64,000 nt of DNA from Comamonadaceae bacterium (GCA_947450895.1 CANFWT010000006.1:11048-75047), one strand, 5' to 3'; shown: positions 40,225 to 50,429, counted from the first letter of the stretch. Translations and numbers: made by a program. Notes: generated by a model from the letters alone, not told the origin.

Positions 40225-41036
40225 CCCACCCCGAGACCTATTCCCTGCACCGAGGCAGCGCGCCGCTTTTGCTCAGCTTGCCGCACACAGGCACCCAGAT
40301 TCCGCCCGAATTGCAGGCCGACTACGTGCCGCGCGCCCTGGCGGTGGAAGACACCGACTGGCACCTGGCGCGCCTCTACGACTTTGCGCCGCAAATGGGC
40401 GCGAGCGTGCTGCGCCCGCATTTCAGCCGCTACGTGATTGACCTCAACCGCCCGCCCGACGACGCACCCATGTATCCCGGCGCCTCCAACACCGAACTCT
40501 GCCCCACGCGCTTCTTTACCGGCGAGGCGCTCTACCTGGACGGATACGCGCCCGATGCCGCAGAGCGCGCACGCCGCCGCAGCCGGTACTGGGAGCCCTA
40601 CCACCAGGCCTTGCAGGCCGAGTTGCAGCGCATCACGGCCCTCCACGGCTACGCGCTGCTATGGGATGGCCACAGCATTCGCTCACAAATCCCTTGGTTG
40701 TTTGAGGGCCGCCTGCCCGACCTGAACATTGGCACGGCCAGCGGTGCCAGCGCCGATGCCACGGTTGCCCAGGCGGTGCAGGCGGCGTGCCAAATCCAAG
40801 CCCAGTTCAGCCAGGTGCTCAACGGCCGCTTCAAGGGTGGCTACATCACCCGCCACTACGGCGCGCCCCAGCGCCGGGTGCACGCGGTGCAGCTGGAAAT
40901 GTGCCAGTCCATGTACATGCAGGAGGCGCCGCCCTTCGACTACCGCCCGCAAGCGGCCACGGCGGTACAGCCGCTGCTGCAGTCCCTGCTGGCGGCCGCT
41001 TTGCACGCCTGCGAGGTTTTGTATGCCCCGCGCTGA
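40221..41036 (+). CDS. hutG: N-formylglutamate deformylase
   Basis: [48 protein letters not shown]. Confidence 0.95.
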   Translation: MTHPETYSLHRGSAPLLLSLPHTGTQIPPELQADYVPRALAVEDTDWHLARLYDFAPQMGASVLRPHFSRYVIDLNRPPDDAPMYPGASNTELCPTRFFTGEALYLDGYAPDAAERARRRSRYWEPYHQALQAELQRITALHGYALLWDGHSIRSQIPWLFEGRLPDLNIGTASGASADATVAQAVQAACQIQAQFSQVLNGRFKGGYITRHYGAPQRRVHAVQLEMCQSMYMQEAPPFDYRPQAATAVQPLLQSLLAAALHACEVLYAPR

Positions 41037-42432
41037 AACCCGTTTCTTCGCCCCACAGGCCTGGGTGGACGGCGCCTGGGCGCACGACGTCCTCCTGGTG
41101 GTGGACGCCACCGGCCACTGGAGCGCCATCACCCCCGGCGCCACACCGGCGATGTGCGCAGGCGCCCAGCGCCTGGACGGCCCGGTGCTGCCCGGCGTGG
41201 TCAACGCCCACAGCCACGCTTTTCAGCGCGCCATTGCCGGCCTGACCGAGCAGCGCCGCGCCAGCGTCCCGACCGCCAGCGCCCAGGGCAGCACCGACGA
41301 TTTCTGGAGCTGGCGCGAGCGCATGTACGCCGTGGCCCAGCGCATCACCCCGGACCAGCTGGAGCACATCGCGGCCATGCTTTACACCGAGCTGCTGGCA
41401 GGCGGCTACACCCAGGTGTGCGAGTTTCACTACGTGCACCACGCCGCCGCCGGCGCGCCAGCGGCCAGCCCGCTGGACATGTCCCTGGCCTTGGTGCGCG
41501 CCGCCCAGCGCGTGGGCATGGGCCTGACCTTGCTGCCCACGCTGTACATGCGCTCAGGTTTTGGCGCCAGCGGCGTGCGCGCCCAGCAGCAGCGCTTTGC
41601 CTGTAGCACGGCCACGCTGTGCCGCCTGGTGGACGACTTGCAAGCCCACACCGCTGGCCTGGCGCAGGTCAACCTGGGCGTGGCGGTGCATTCGCTGCGC
41701 GCCGCCGACCCCGCCGCCGTGGCCGAGCTCGCGCAGTTTGCGCAGAACCGTGGCCTGCCGGTGCACATCCATATTGCCGAGCAAACGCAAGAAGTTGCCG
41801 ACTGCATCGCCCACACTGGCCAGCGCCCAGTCGAGTGGCTGCTGGCGCACCTGCCACTGGATGCGCACTGGAACCTGGTGCACGCCACCCACACCACGGC
41901 GCAAGAACTCTCGGGCGTGGCCCGCAGCGGCGCCAGCATTGTGATTTGCCCCAGCACCGAGGCCAATTTGGGCGACGGCGTGTTTGATTTTTCCGGCTAC
42001 GCGGCCCTGCAAGGGCGTTGGTCGGTGGGATCAGACAGCCACGTCACCCGCAGTTGGACTGAAGAGCTGCGTTTGCTCGAATACGGCCAGCGCCTGGTGC
42101 AGCGCAAACGCAATGTGGCCGCCGCGTGTGGCCCCAGCCTGAGCAGTGCCGCCAATCTGCTGGAGGCCGCGCTTGGCGGTGGCCAGGCCGCCACAGGCCA
42201 GGCATTGGGCGCGCTGCGGTTGGGCCACCGGGCCGACTTTCTGGTGATCGACCCGCAGGTCAACGCCTTGCTGGGCGTGCCCGTGTCGCAGGTGCTCGAC
42301 GCCCTGGTGTTTTCTAGCCCCAGTGCCGCACCCCAGGCGGTGTTTGTGGCAGGGCAGCGTGTGGCGCACCACACCAGCCCGGCCGTCACCCAGCCGTTTG
42401 CGCAGACCATGCGCGCGCTCTGGCAGGGCTGA
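41023..42432 (+). CDS. hutF: Formimidoylglutamate deiminase
   Basis: PGVVNAHSHAFQRA, DFWSWRE.MY, EFHYVHH, HIHIAEQ, CPSTEANLGDG, GSDSHV. Confidence 0.96.
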   Translation: MPRAETRFFAPQAWVDGAWAHDVLLVVDATGHWSAITPGATPAMCAGAQRLDGPVLPGVVNAHSHAFQRAIAGLTEQRRASVPTASAQGSTDDFWSWRERMYAVAQRITPDQLEHIAAMLYTELLAGGYTQVCEFHYVHHAAAGAPAASPLDMSLALVRAAQRVGMGLTLLPTLYMRSGFGASGVRAQQQRFACSTATLCRLVDDLQAHTAGLAQVNLGVAVHSLRAADPAAVAELAQFAQNRGLPVHIHIAEQTQEVADCIAHTGQRPVEWLLAHLPLDAHWNLVHATHTTAQELSGVARSGASIVICPSTEANLGDGVFDFSGYAALQGRWSVGSDSHVTRSWTEELRLLEYGQRLVQRKRNVAAACGPSLSSAANLLEAALGGGQAATGQALGALRLGHRADFLVIDPQVNALLGVPVSQVLDALVFSSPSAAPQAVFVAGQRVAHHTSPAVTQPFAQTMRALWQG

Positions 42433-42571
42433 GATACCCAATCGGCGGGCAGCGCAGCAAGCGTTTGCCCCCCGGCGCCCCGTGCGCTTGGATGCGGTGT
42501 GCCGGCCACTTTGGGCCTGAATTTGCCCGAGATCAGCTTTTTGTGCACTCCAAGGCACGCCACGGTGCAGG

Positions 42572-42587
42572 TGTGACGCGCGTCACT
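42572..42587 (+). promoter_or_regulatory. CRP/FNR-family-like binding site upstream of the Csu pilin
   Basis: TGTGA-CGCGCG-TCACT, 9/10 to TGTGA-N6-TCACA. Confidence 0.55.
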
Positions 42588-42740
42588 GTTTTTTTGCGGG
42601 CAGTTGACAACACTGGCTTCGTGGCGGTTGCAGCGGGTGGGTTCCCCCTCGGTGCCAGCGACACAGAGGCATGGGCCACGCTGCACAAGGGCGTGGCCTG
42701 TGCGTTTTATCCCCTTGGTATGTCACAAAGGAAAACAGCA

Positions 42741-43253
42741 ATGCAATCGAAAAAAATGTTCCGCGGCGCCCTGGTGCTGCTCACACTGGGCACGGCCGCG
42801 TCGTTGGCGCTGGCGACGGGCTCGAAAACCACCGATGTTGGGGTTTCTGCCTCGGTGGCCAGCAACTGCGTGGTCTCTACGCCATCTACCGGCCTGAACT
42901 TCGGCGTGTATGACCCGCTGGCCAGCAGCGACTACACCACCTCTACAACGTTCAAGGTGCAATGCAGCAAGAACGCCGTCTACACCATTGGTCTGAGCGC
43001 GGGCAGCGGCCCGAGCGCCACGGAAACCACCCGCAAGATGACCAATGGCAGCGAGACGGCCATGAGCTACGCGATTTATTCGGACAGCGCCCGTACCACC
43101 AACTGGGGCGCCACTGCTGGCGCGGCCACCGGTACCGGTGCGGGTCTGAGCACTGAAAACACCGTGAACGTCTACGCCAAGATTCCCAAGAACCAGTACG
43201 ACGTGGGCGTGGGCAACTACGCCGACATCGTGACCGCCACGGTCAGCTACTGA
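42741..43253 (+). CDS. Csu-type (SCPU) fimbrial major subunit
   Basis: Signal peptide; VSASVASNC, LNFGVYDP, VQCS, YTIGLSAG, MSYAIYSD, Y.DIVTATVSY. Confidence 0.88.
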   Translation: MQSKKMFRGALVLLTLGTAASLALATGSKTTDVGVSASVASNCVVSTPSTGLNFGVYDPLASSDYTTSTTFKVQCSKNAVYTIGLSAGSGPSATETTRKMTNGSETAMSYAIYSDSARTTNWGATAGAATGTGAGLSTENTVNVYAKIPKNQYDVGVGNYADIVTATVSY

Positions 43254-43279
43254 CCCGTTTCGCACAAGGAGTGCTTCAC

Positions 43280-44002
43280 GTGAAAAAGCTTGTCACCCTG
43301 GCGCTGCTGGCCAGCGCCGCCTGGCCGCTGCTGGCTGCCACCTTCAATGTCTCGCCGATTCGCGTGGGGCTCTCCGCACAACGCCCCATCGTGCCCCTGT
43401 CCGTGCGCAACGACGGTGATGAGCCCGTGGTCGTGCAAGTGCAGGCGCTGCGCTGGGAGCAGCACAACGGGGAGGACGTTTACGCCCCCACCAACGAGAT
43501 TTTGGCCACACCCCCCATCGTCACGGTGCCGCCGCACGCCACGCAAATTGTGCGGGTGGGTCTGCGCCGCGTGGCCGACCCCGCGCGTGAGCTCAGCTAC
43601 CGCATCTACCTGGCCGAGGTGCCTGCGCCGCCCGCCGTGGACGCTACGCGGGTGCATGTGGCCCTGCGCATCGGATTGCCGGTATTTGTCACCGGCCCGG
43701 CAGCGCCCAAGCCCGCCCTGGCGTGGACGGTGCTGGGCGCCGAGGATGGGGCTGTCACTTTGCGCGTGAAAAACGAGGGCAGTGCCCACGCCCAGATCGC
43801 CAATGTGCGGCTGCTTTCGCTGGCCGATCGCGACACCCTGGCGCGCTATCCCTCTCCCGCCTATGTCCTGCCCGGCAGCGCGCGCGAATGGCGCCTGGCG
43901 CCCGAGCCCGGCAAGCGCATCGGCGCCGACCCGGTGCGTTTGCAGGCCTACGTGGACGCCGGAGATGTGGATGTCGAGCTCACACCGCAAAAGCCTGAGT
44001 AA
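43280..44002 (+). CDS. Fimbrial chaperone (CsuC/PapD-like)
   Basis: VSPIRV, ATPPIV, QIVRVG, ELSYRIYLAEVP, LRIGLPVFV, GSAHAQI, YVLPG. Confidence 0.88.
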   Translation: MKKLVTLALLASAAWPLLAATFNVSPIRVGLSAQRPIVPLSVRNDGDEPVVVQVQALRWEQHNGEDVYAPTNEILATPPIVTVPPHATQIVRVGLRRVADPARELSYRIYLAEVPAPPAVDATRVHVALRIGLPVFVTGPAAPKPALAWTVLGAEDGAVTLRVKNEGSAHAQIANVRLLSLADRDTLARYPSPAYVLPGSAREWRLAPEPGKRIGADPVRLQAYVDAGDVDVELTPQKPE

Positions 44003-46343
44003 GCGCCACCGCTGGATTGGTGTGCTGGTGTCTGCCGGCGCCCTGGCCCACGGTGCCATGGCGGCGGCCACCCCCTGGGGGGTGGAGAGCCTCTTGCAGG
44101 TGGACCTGAACCGGCAAAACCTCGAGGACAACACCCTGGTGATCCGCGAGCCCGATGGCGGTGTGCTGCTCTCGCGTGAGGACCTGCAGCGCTGGCGGGT
44201 GCGCCTGCCCGAGCAGGCGCTGGTGCAGGTAGGCGGCAAGGATTACTTTCGCCTGCAGTCCATTCCCGGTGCGGTCTTTTCAATAGACGAGGCCACGCAG
44301 CGCCTGTCCATTGAGCTGCCCGCTGCCGGCTTTCGGCACTACGCGCTCGACGGCGAGGCGCTGGCTGCGCCCACGCCCGGTGCGGCCAGCCCCGGTGCGT
44401 TTTTCAACTACGACCTGCTGGCCGAGCAAACCCAGGACAAAAGCCGCCTCTCAGGCCTGTTTGAGCTGGGCTACTTCAACCGCTTGGGCGTGGGCTTGTT
44501 CACTTTTGCCAGCGTTCCCCAAGACGAGCACAACACCACCCGGCGGCTCGACACCACCTGGACCCAGGACCAGCCCGCGCAGCGCGCCAGCTGGCGCCTG
44601 GGTGACGCCATCAGCCGTGCCAGCAGCGGCTGGGGCCTGCCCACGCGCTTTGGCGGCCTGCAGTACGCCACCAACTTTGCCGTGCAACCGGGCTTTTTGA
44701 CCATGCCGCAGCAAAGCATCAGCGCCCAGGCCGGGGTGCCGTCCAGCGTGGATGTATTCGTCAACAACGCCCTGATCAGCCGCAGCGAAGTACCTCCGGG
44801 GCCGTTCTCTATCAACAACATTCCCACCATCACCGGTCAGGGCGAGGTGCGGGTGGTGGTTAAAGACCTGCTGGGGCGCGAGCAGGTGATTACCCAGGCC
44901 TTTTTTGCCAACGCCCGCTTGCTGCGCGCAGGGCTGGACGATTTTTCTTACGAGCTAGGCCGTGAGCGCCTCAACTACGGCCAGGCCAGCAACGACTATG
45001 GCCGCTGGCTCGCCGCTGGCACCTACCGGCGCGGCATCAGCGACCACCTGAGCGCCGAGCTGCACGCCGAAAAGACCTCAGACGCCCAAACCACCCTGGG
45101 CGCCAACGGCGTCTGGGGCCTGGAAAGCGGGCCGGTGCTGAGCTTGTCCGCGGCGGCGAGCAACACCGCCGAGGGCGCGGGGTATTTGAGCGGCATGGGC
45201 GCAGAGCTGCAAGGCCAGCGCTGGAGTTTTTCTGCCCATACGCAAAACGCCACGCAGGGCTTTGCACAGATTGGCCAGGCCCCGGGTGGGGACGCAGTGC
45301 GCCAGGTCAGCAACCTCAGCGTTGGCTTTTTTGTACCCGGGTGGGGCAACTGGGGCCTGGGCTATGTGGCGCAGCAAAAGCGCGACGCCAGCCGCACCGC
45401 GTTGCTGAGCCTGTCGTATTCCCTGCAGCTCGGGCAATCGGCTTTTTTGGGTCTGAGCGCGCTGCGCACGCTCACGGGCACTCCCAGCGACTATGTGGGC
45501 GCCTTCTTGGTGGTGCCCCTGGACAGCCGCACCAACCTCAGCGCCAATGCGCAGCGCAGCACGGGCGGGGCTGGCGCCAGCAGTTCGCTCTTTAGCACGC
45601 AGCTGCAGCGCAGCCCGGCGCCTGGCGACCCGCTGGGCTACCGCTTGCAGGCCAGCGACGACGGCGCCTTGCAGGCCGATGCCAGCCTGCAAAACACGGC
45701 GGGCGACTACACGCTGGCGGCTGCACAGCGCGGTGGCAGCTCGGCAGTACGCGCCGGTGCCTCAGGTGGTGTTGCGACGCTGGGTGGTGCGCTGTTTGCC
45801 AGCCGGCGCATCTCCGACAGCTTTGCCCTGGTGCAGGTACCGGGCTATGCCGATGTGCGGGTCTACAAGGACAACCAGCTGGTGGGCCGCACCGACGGCA
45901 ACGGCAACGCCCTGGTGCCCAGCGTGCGCGCCTACGAGCTCAACCCGGTCACCATCGAGGCGCTGGACCTGCCCATGGACGCCCGGGTGGATGCCTTGCA
46001 GCGCGACGCCCTGGCCTATTACCGCAGCGGCGTGGTGCTGCGCTTTCCGGTGGGGCGCGCGCGTGCCGCCACCCTGAAGGTGCGCCTGCCCAATGGCAGC
46101 TCGCTGCCCGCAGGCGCCACGGTGCGCCTGGAGTTTCCCCACCAGCTCGACCCGCTGGACCGCGAGGACACGGTGTTCGCGGTGGGCTTTGACGGTGAGG
46201 TGTACGTCTCGGGCCTGTCCGAACGCAATCTGTTGGTCGCCCGCTGGCGAGGTCAGAGTTGCCGCATTGCGGTGGAGTTTCTCCCCTCGGACGAGCCACT
46301 GCCTTTCTTGGGCGAATTCTTGTGCCAGGGGTTGGAGCCCTAA
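43965..46343 (+). CDS. Fimbrial outer-membrane usher (CsuD-like)
   Basis: RLDTTW, RLGDAIS, RFGGLQYATNF, GPFSI, GRTDGNG.ALVP, GEVYVSGL. Confidence 0.9.
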   Translation: MWMSSSHRKSLSKRHRWIGVLVSAGALAHGAMAAATPWGVESLLQVDLNRQNLEDNTLVIREPDGGVLLSREDLQRWRVRLPEQALVQVGGKDYFRLQSIPGAVFSIDEATQRLSIELPAAGFRHYALDGEALAAPTPGAASPGAFFNYDLLAEQTQDKSRLSGLFELGYFNRLGVGLFTFASVPQDEHNTTRRLDTTWTQDQPAQRASWRLGDAISRASSGWGLPTRFGGLQYATNFAVQPGFLTMPQQSISAQAGVPSSVDVFVNNALISRSEVPPGPFSINNIPTITGQGEVRVVVKDLLGREQVITQAFFANARLLRAGLDDFSYELGRERLNYGQASNDYGRWLAAGTYRRGISDHLSAELHAEKTSDAQTTLGANGVWGLESGPVLSLSAAASNTAEGAGYLSGMGAELQGQRWSFSAHTQNATQGFAQIGQAPGGDAVRQVSNLSVGFFVPGWGNWGLGYVAQQKRDASRTALLSLSYSLQLGQSAFLGLSALRTLTGTPSDYVGAFLVVPLDSRTNLSANAQRSTGGAGASSSLFSTQLQRSPAPGDPLGYRLQASDDGALQADASLQNTAGDYTLAAAQRGGSSAVRAGASGGVATLGGALFASRRISDSFALVQVPGYADVRVYKDNQLVGRTDGNGNALVPSVRAYELNPVTIEALDLPMDARVDALQRDALAYYRSGVVLRFPVGRARAATLKVRLPNGSSLPAGATVRLEFPHQLDPLDREDTVFAVGFDGEVYVSGLSERNLLVARWRGQSCRIAVEFLPSDEPLPFLGEFLCQGLEP

Positions 46344-46392
46344 GGGTATTGCCCGGTGTGGCCTTGCCACCTCCGGCTATCGGGCAGGCGTG

Positions 46393-47529
46393 TTACATCG
46401 CCAGCCTGGGGCTGTTGTGCACGCCGTAGTTCGGTCCGGTGCCGCTGCCCCCGGTGGGCGGGCACTGGGTGCTCATTTCCACCTGCACGTACTTGGGCCC
46501 TTGTTCCGCCAGCAATATGTGCATGCAGGCGAAGCCCACAATGGGTTGCTCTCCCTTGAGCGTGGAACTGGCATTGGCGGCGACCGGGATGGTCACGTAT
46601 TCGCACTTTTTGTCGCCCCTGGCGCTGCAGTCGTTGACGATTTTGTACAGGTCGGCCTTGGCACCCGGCTCGATCCAGATCGGGTCGCCCATGGCAAGCG
46701 CGGTCGGGTTGCCGTTCTGAATGAGGCCATGGACGGCCGTGGTGCTGTTTTCATCCAGCGCAAACGAGGTGTACTGGCCGCCCTCGCAGGCTCCGTAAGC
46801 AGGCGTGCTAAACCCGAAGCGAAACACCCAGGGTTTGCCGCTGACCTGCGGCACGCCGTAGGTGTCGGGCCCGGTGGTGCTGGCGTTCTTGGGCAGGCTT
46901 GTTGTGGTGTCCCAAAAAGCGTCGTACATGCACTGGGCCATGGCAAAAGGAAACAGGCTGCCCGGACCCTCGGCGCCGGGCGAGGTGACCACGGACACGG
47001 CGGTCGCGGACATGTCGGCGGTGTGCAGCCCCAACAGGCTCGAGAAGTAAAGCACCACGCTGCCGCTGTTTTCTCCCGCCTTTCTGGCAATGGTGACTTG
47101 GATGGCCGGCGCGTCATGGGCGGTGGCGGTCATGGGCAGCAGTTGCAAGATGTGCGGGGTGCCGGTCACATTCCAATAGCCCGATGCCACCACACCGGTG
47201 ACCAGGGCCTTGCTCTGCGTCGTGTTGTTCTGTATGGCTGCGGCCGCACGGGTGTGCGCAGTGGCCCAGTCGGGCGCTGGTGTGGTGGTGTTAAAGCATT
47301 CGGCGCGCGGGTACAAGCACTGCGCACCCGCCTGTGCGGCCGAATCGGCGGCGTTTTGCAGCTCGCTTTTGACCAGCATCAGGTTGGCGATGTCGATGGC
47401 AAACGCCGCCACCATGACCAGCAGGGGTAAAAAAATCACGGCCAGGACAGCCACCGCGCCACGCCTTGCGTCGGTCAGGCGCGGGGCTGCTTCCTCGGCC
47501 ACGGCAGGCTCGGTGCGGATGGGCGTCAC
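46393..47529 (-). CDS. TadG-like pilus assembly protein (copy 2)
   Basis: RRGAVAVLAVIFL...AFAIDIANL...ELQNAADSAAQAGA Tad N-domain; Cys-rich C-domain. Confidence 0.8.
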   Translation of the reverse strand: MTPIRTEPAVAEEAAPRLTDARRGAVAVLAVIFLPLLVMVAAFAIDIANLMLVKSELQNAADSAAQAGAQCLYPRAECFNTTTPAPDWATAHTRAAAAIQNNTTQSKALVTGVVASGYWNVTGTPHILQLLPMTATAHDAPAIQVTIARKAGENSGSVVLYFSSLLGLHTADMSATAVSVVTSPGAEGPGSLFPFAMAQCMYDAFWDTTTSLPKNASTTGPDTYGVPQVSGKPWVFRFGFSTPAYGACEGGQYTSFALDENSTTAVHGLIQNGNPTALAMGDPIWIEPGAKADLYKIVNDCSARGDKKCEYVTIPVAANASSTLKGEQPIVGFACMHILLAEQGPKYVQVEMSTQCPPTGGSGTGPNYGVHNSPRLAM

Positions 47530-47541
47530 GGGCCGGGCGGC

Positions 47542-48672
47542 TTACAGGGCCAGCCGGGGGTTGTCGTGCACGCCGTAGTTGGTGCCCGTGCCGCTGCCCT
47601 GGGGGCTGGGGCAGGTCGTGTCCATTTGCACCGCGATGTACTTGCCGCTGCCGCCCGCGGCGTTCAGGATGTGCAGGCAGCCAAAGTCCAGGATGGTTTG
47701 TTCGCCTTTGCTGTTGGCGCTGGTGGTCACCGGCATGGTGACGTATTCGCAGGACTTGTCACCGGCGGCACTGCAGGCCGCGACCGTGCCGTACAAGGCG
47801 GTTTTTGATCCCGGTTCAATCCAAGTCTGGTCGCCCTTGGCCAGCTGGGTGGGGTTGCCGTTGGCGATCAGGTCTTTGATGGTGGGGACGTTGTTGTCGT
47901 CCAAGGCAAACGAGGTCCATTCGCCGCCGTCGCAGGGTGTGTAGATGGCGGCGCCCAAATGGAAGACCCAGGGCTGCCCGATGACCTGGGGCACCCCCAA
48001 AAGGGTGGTGGTCGTGGCCAATTTGGGCGTGGCCGTGGTCGAATCCCAGTACTGGTCGTACATGCATTTGGTGATGGCAAAGGGAAACAGGCCGCCTGGG
48101 CCCACCACACCGGGCGAGGTGACCACGGACACTGCGGTGGCGCTCACGTCCGCCGTGGCCAGCCCCAGCAGACCGGCCAAATAAAGCACCACGCTGCCGC
48201 CGTTTTTGCCGCTTTGTTTGGAAATGGTCACCTGGATGGCGGGTGCTTCATTGGCCCCCGGCGTGTGCGGCAGCAGCTGCAGCGTGTGCGGCGTGCCAGT
48301 GATGTTCCAATAGCCGGACGCCACCACGCCCGTGGACAGCGCCGTGCCTTGCGCCGCGTTGTTCGCCACCGCCAGCGAAGCGCGGGTCTGCGAGGTCGCC
48401 CAGTCAGGTGCTGCGCTCAGGGTGTTAAAGCATTCTGTGCGCGGGTACAAGCACTGTGCACCGGCTTGGGCGGCCGAATCGGCGGCGTTTTGCAGCTCGT
48501 TTTTCACCAGCATCAGGTTGGCAATGTCCACGGCAAAGGCCGACACCATGAGCAGTATGGGCAGCAGCATGATGACCAGCACTGCGACCGCCCCACGCTG
48601 GTGGTGCGCAGCAGGCGTAGCACAGGGCGTATCCGTGTCGTGGGGGACTGCGGTGTGGGTGTGTGCGGGCAT
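47542..48672 (-). CDS. TadG-like pilus assembly protein (copy 1)
   Basis: QRGAVAVLV...AFAVDIANL...ELQNAADSAAQAGA; paralog of the adjacent gene. Confidence 0.8.
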   Translation of the reverse strand: MPAHTHTAVPHDTDTPCATPAAHHQRGAVAVLVIMLLPILLMVSAFAVDIANLMLVKNELQNAADSAAQAGAQCLYPRTECFNTLSAAPDWATSQTRASLAVANNAAQGTALSTGVVASGYWNITGTPHTLQLLPHTPGANEAPAIQVTISKQSGKNGGSVVLYLAGLLGLATADVSATAVSVVTSPGVVGPGGLFPFAITKCMYDQYWDSTTATPKLATTTTLLGVPQVIGQPWVFHLGAAIYTPCDGGEWTSFALDDNNVPTIKDLIANGNPTQLAKGDQTWIEPGSKTALYGTVAACSAAGDKSCEYVTMPVTTSANSKGEQTILDFGCLHILNAAGGSGKYIAVQMDTTCPSPQGSGTGTNYGVHDNPRLAL

Positions 48673-48693
48673 GTTCGGACTCCCAAAAGGGGC

Positions 48694-49107
48694 TTATTCG
48701 TTGTTCATGACCGTGGTGCCGGTCAGTGTGAGCGGCCCGGTGATCGGGCTGAGCAAGGTGCCCAGGCCCAGGCCGTAGTAGGTGTAGGTCACCGTGACCT
48801 TGAGTTGCGTCCCAAAGCTGCCGCCCTGGCCGGACGGTACGGTGACTACCGGCGGGTTGGCCGCCTTGAACGACACCAAGTAGTTGCTGCAGTAGCTGGT
48901 GGCCACGGCCTGGATTTCGGCGGTGGTGGGCTTAGGGGTTTTCAAGACCACGCCGGCACGTGCGGCCTCGCGGCTGGCGTTGGTGATCACGGCCTTGTCG
49001 TACAAGATGAAGCCAAACTCAATGATGGCAAACACCAGCAGCAAAAAAATGGGCAACACCATGGCAAATTCGACCGCCGTGGAGCCGCCTTGCAAGCTTT
49101 TTTTCAT
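48694..49107 (-). CDS. TadE-like pseudopilin
   Basis: QGGSTAVEFAMVLPIFLLLVFAIIEFG...ITNASREAARAG. Confidence 0.88.
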   Translation of the reverse strand: MKKSLQGGSTAVEFAMVLPIFLLLVFAIIEFGFILYDKAVITNASREAARAGVVLKTPKPTTAEIQAVATSYCSNYLVSFKAANPPVVTVPSGQGGSFGTQLKVTVTYTYYGLGLGTLLSPITGPLTLTGTTVMNNE

Positions 49108-49175
49108 GGATATTCCTGTGCGTGTAGCGTGGGTTTGATGCTAGAGGGAGTGCGGTGCCCGCATGCGTCCGCGCG

Positions 49176-49191
49176 CATGACCCAGGTCACG
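49176..49191 (-). promoter_or_regulatory. Weak CRP-like site upstream of tadE
   Basis: CATGA-CCCAGG-TCACG, 7/10 to consensus. Confidence 0.3.
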
Positions 49192-49247
49192 CAACACGTC
49201 AGAAATTCGGGGCAGACAGGGCCCGGTGGCTTGGGCATGCACGCCCG

Positions 49248-49760
49248 CTACCAGCCCACCGTCAGGGTGATGGTCGGGTCGGTGTAAATGCCTGGCGCAT
49301 CGGCTTTGTTGGCCGCGCTGCTGTCGATGAGGCCGTAGATAGTGATGGACTGATTGCTGATATCGCTGCTGATGGCCTGGGTGTACACGGTGCCGGTGGT
49401 GCCATCGCCCCACACCGTGGCGCGGCTGGCGTCCAGGTACAGGTTGTAGGTCAGGTCGGTGGTGCTCTTTTTTTGCTTGCGCTGCGCCACCGTGCCATTG
49501 CCCGCGCTCAGCGCTATGGTGAAGCTGGCAGTGCCGCCCGAACCAAAGGTGCTGCAGCTCACCTTAAAGCTGGTGGCGCTGGTCAGGCTGCCCAGCAAGT
49601 CGGTGATGAACACCAGGGTGGGCGGGGTGGTGACGCTGCAGCTTGAAATCTTCACCGAAGCCTGCGCCTGCGGCGGCGCTCCCAGGGCCACAGCCACCGC
49701 CAGCAGCCCCAGGCGCAGTACGGCAGATTGCAAGGGGATGGGCCAATGGCGCATGGTCAA
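49248..49760 (-). CDS. Csu-type (SCPU) fimbrial subunit
   Basis: Signal peptide; SCSVTT, FKVSCS, LTYNLYLDA...WGDG, GIYTD.ITLTV. Confidence 0.85.
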   Translation of the reverse strand: MTMRHWPIPLQSAVLRLGLLAVAVALGAPPQAQASVKISSCSVTTPPTLVFITDLLGSLTSATSFKVSCSTFGSGGTASFTIALSAGNGTVAQRKQKKSTTDLTYNLYLDASRATVWGDGTTGTVYTQAISSDISNQSITIYGLIDSSAANKADAPGIYTDPTITLTVGW

Positions 49761-49784
49761 AAGCAGGGCGTCGCTTGTGCGCGC

Positions 49785-50288
49785 TCAGTACGTCACCGTG
49801 GCCGTGATGCTGTCGGCGTAGGCGCCAATGGGCGCGGTGTACTGGTTTTTGGGAATTTTGCCGTAGACGGTGATGGTTTGCTCGGTGGTCAGCCCGGTGC
49901 CGGTGCCAGTGACCGTGCCGGTGCTGGCGCCCCAGTTGGTGCTCAGGCCGCTGTTGGCATACAGGCCGTAGTTCAGATGGTTGGAGCCGCTGCTCATGGT
50001 GCGGGCGGTATCCGTGCCGCTGCCCCCCGGGCTCAGGCCTATGGTGTAGGCCAGGCCCGTGCTGCATTCGACTTTGAACGTGGTGTTGGCCACGGTGTCG
50101 CTGGCGGAGGTGGGGTCGTAGGTGCCAAAGCTCAGCCCGCTCGACGCGGTGGACACCACACACACGCCCGCAATGGTGGTGGACACGCCAAACGTGGTGC
50201 TTGTGCTGCCTGCGCTGGCCAGCAGCGGCGCCAGAGGCAGGATGGCGACCCCAGCGAGGGTATTTCGGACAGTCTTTCCTAGGCGCAT
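49785..50288 (-). CDS. Csu-type (SCPU) fimbrial major subunit paralog
   Basis: CVVST, LSFGTYDP, VECS, YTIGLSPG, LNYGLY, YADSITATVTY; similar to 42741-43253. Confidence 0.88.
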   Translation of the reverse strand: MRLGKTVRNTLAGVAILPLAPLLASAGSTSTTFGVSTTIAGVCVVSTASSGLSFGTYDPTSASDTVANTTFKVECSTGLAYTIGLSPGGSGTDTARTMSSGSNHLNYGLYANSGLSTNWGASTGTVTGTGTGLTTEQTITVYGKIPKNQYTAPIGAYADSITATVTY

Positions 50289-50429
50289 GGCGGTGGCTCC
50301 AAATGAGAGGTGTGGATGCAAACCTGGTTCAGGGGTCCGCGTTGCGCCTCAGGCCGGGCTTGCATTGGACACAGGTGGTGCCCTTCGCCTGAACGCATGC
50401 GCCAGTCTGTCGCAGGATTTTTTTATCGG

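Noticed and set aside
42741-50288. Possible invertible (phase-variable) segment between the inverted pilin paralogs
   Set aside because: DNA similarity between the paralogs is only patchy by eye; no long perfect inverted repeat or recombinase seen
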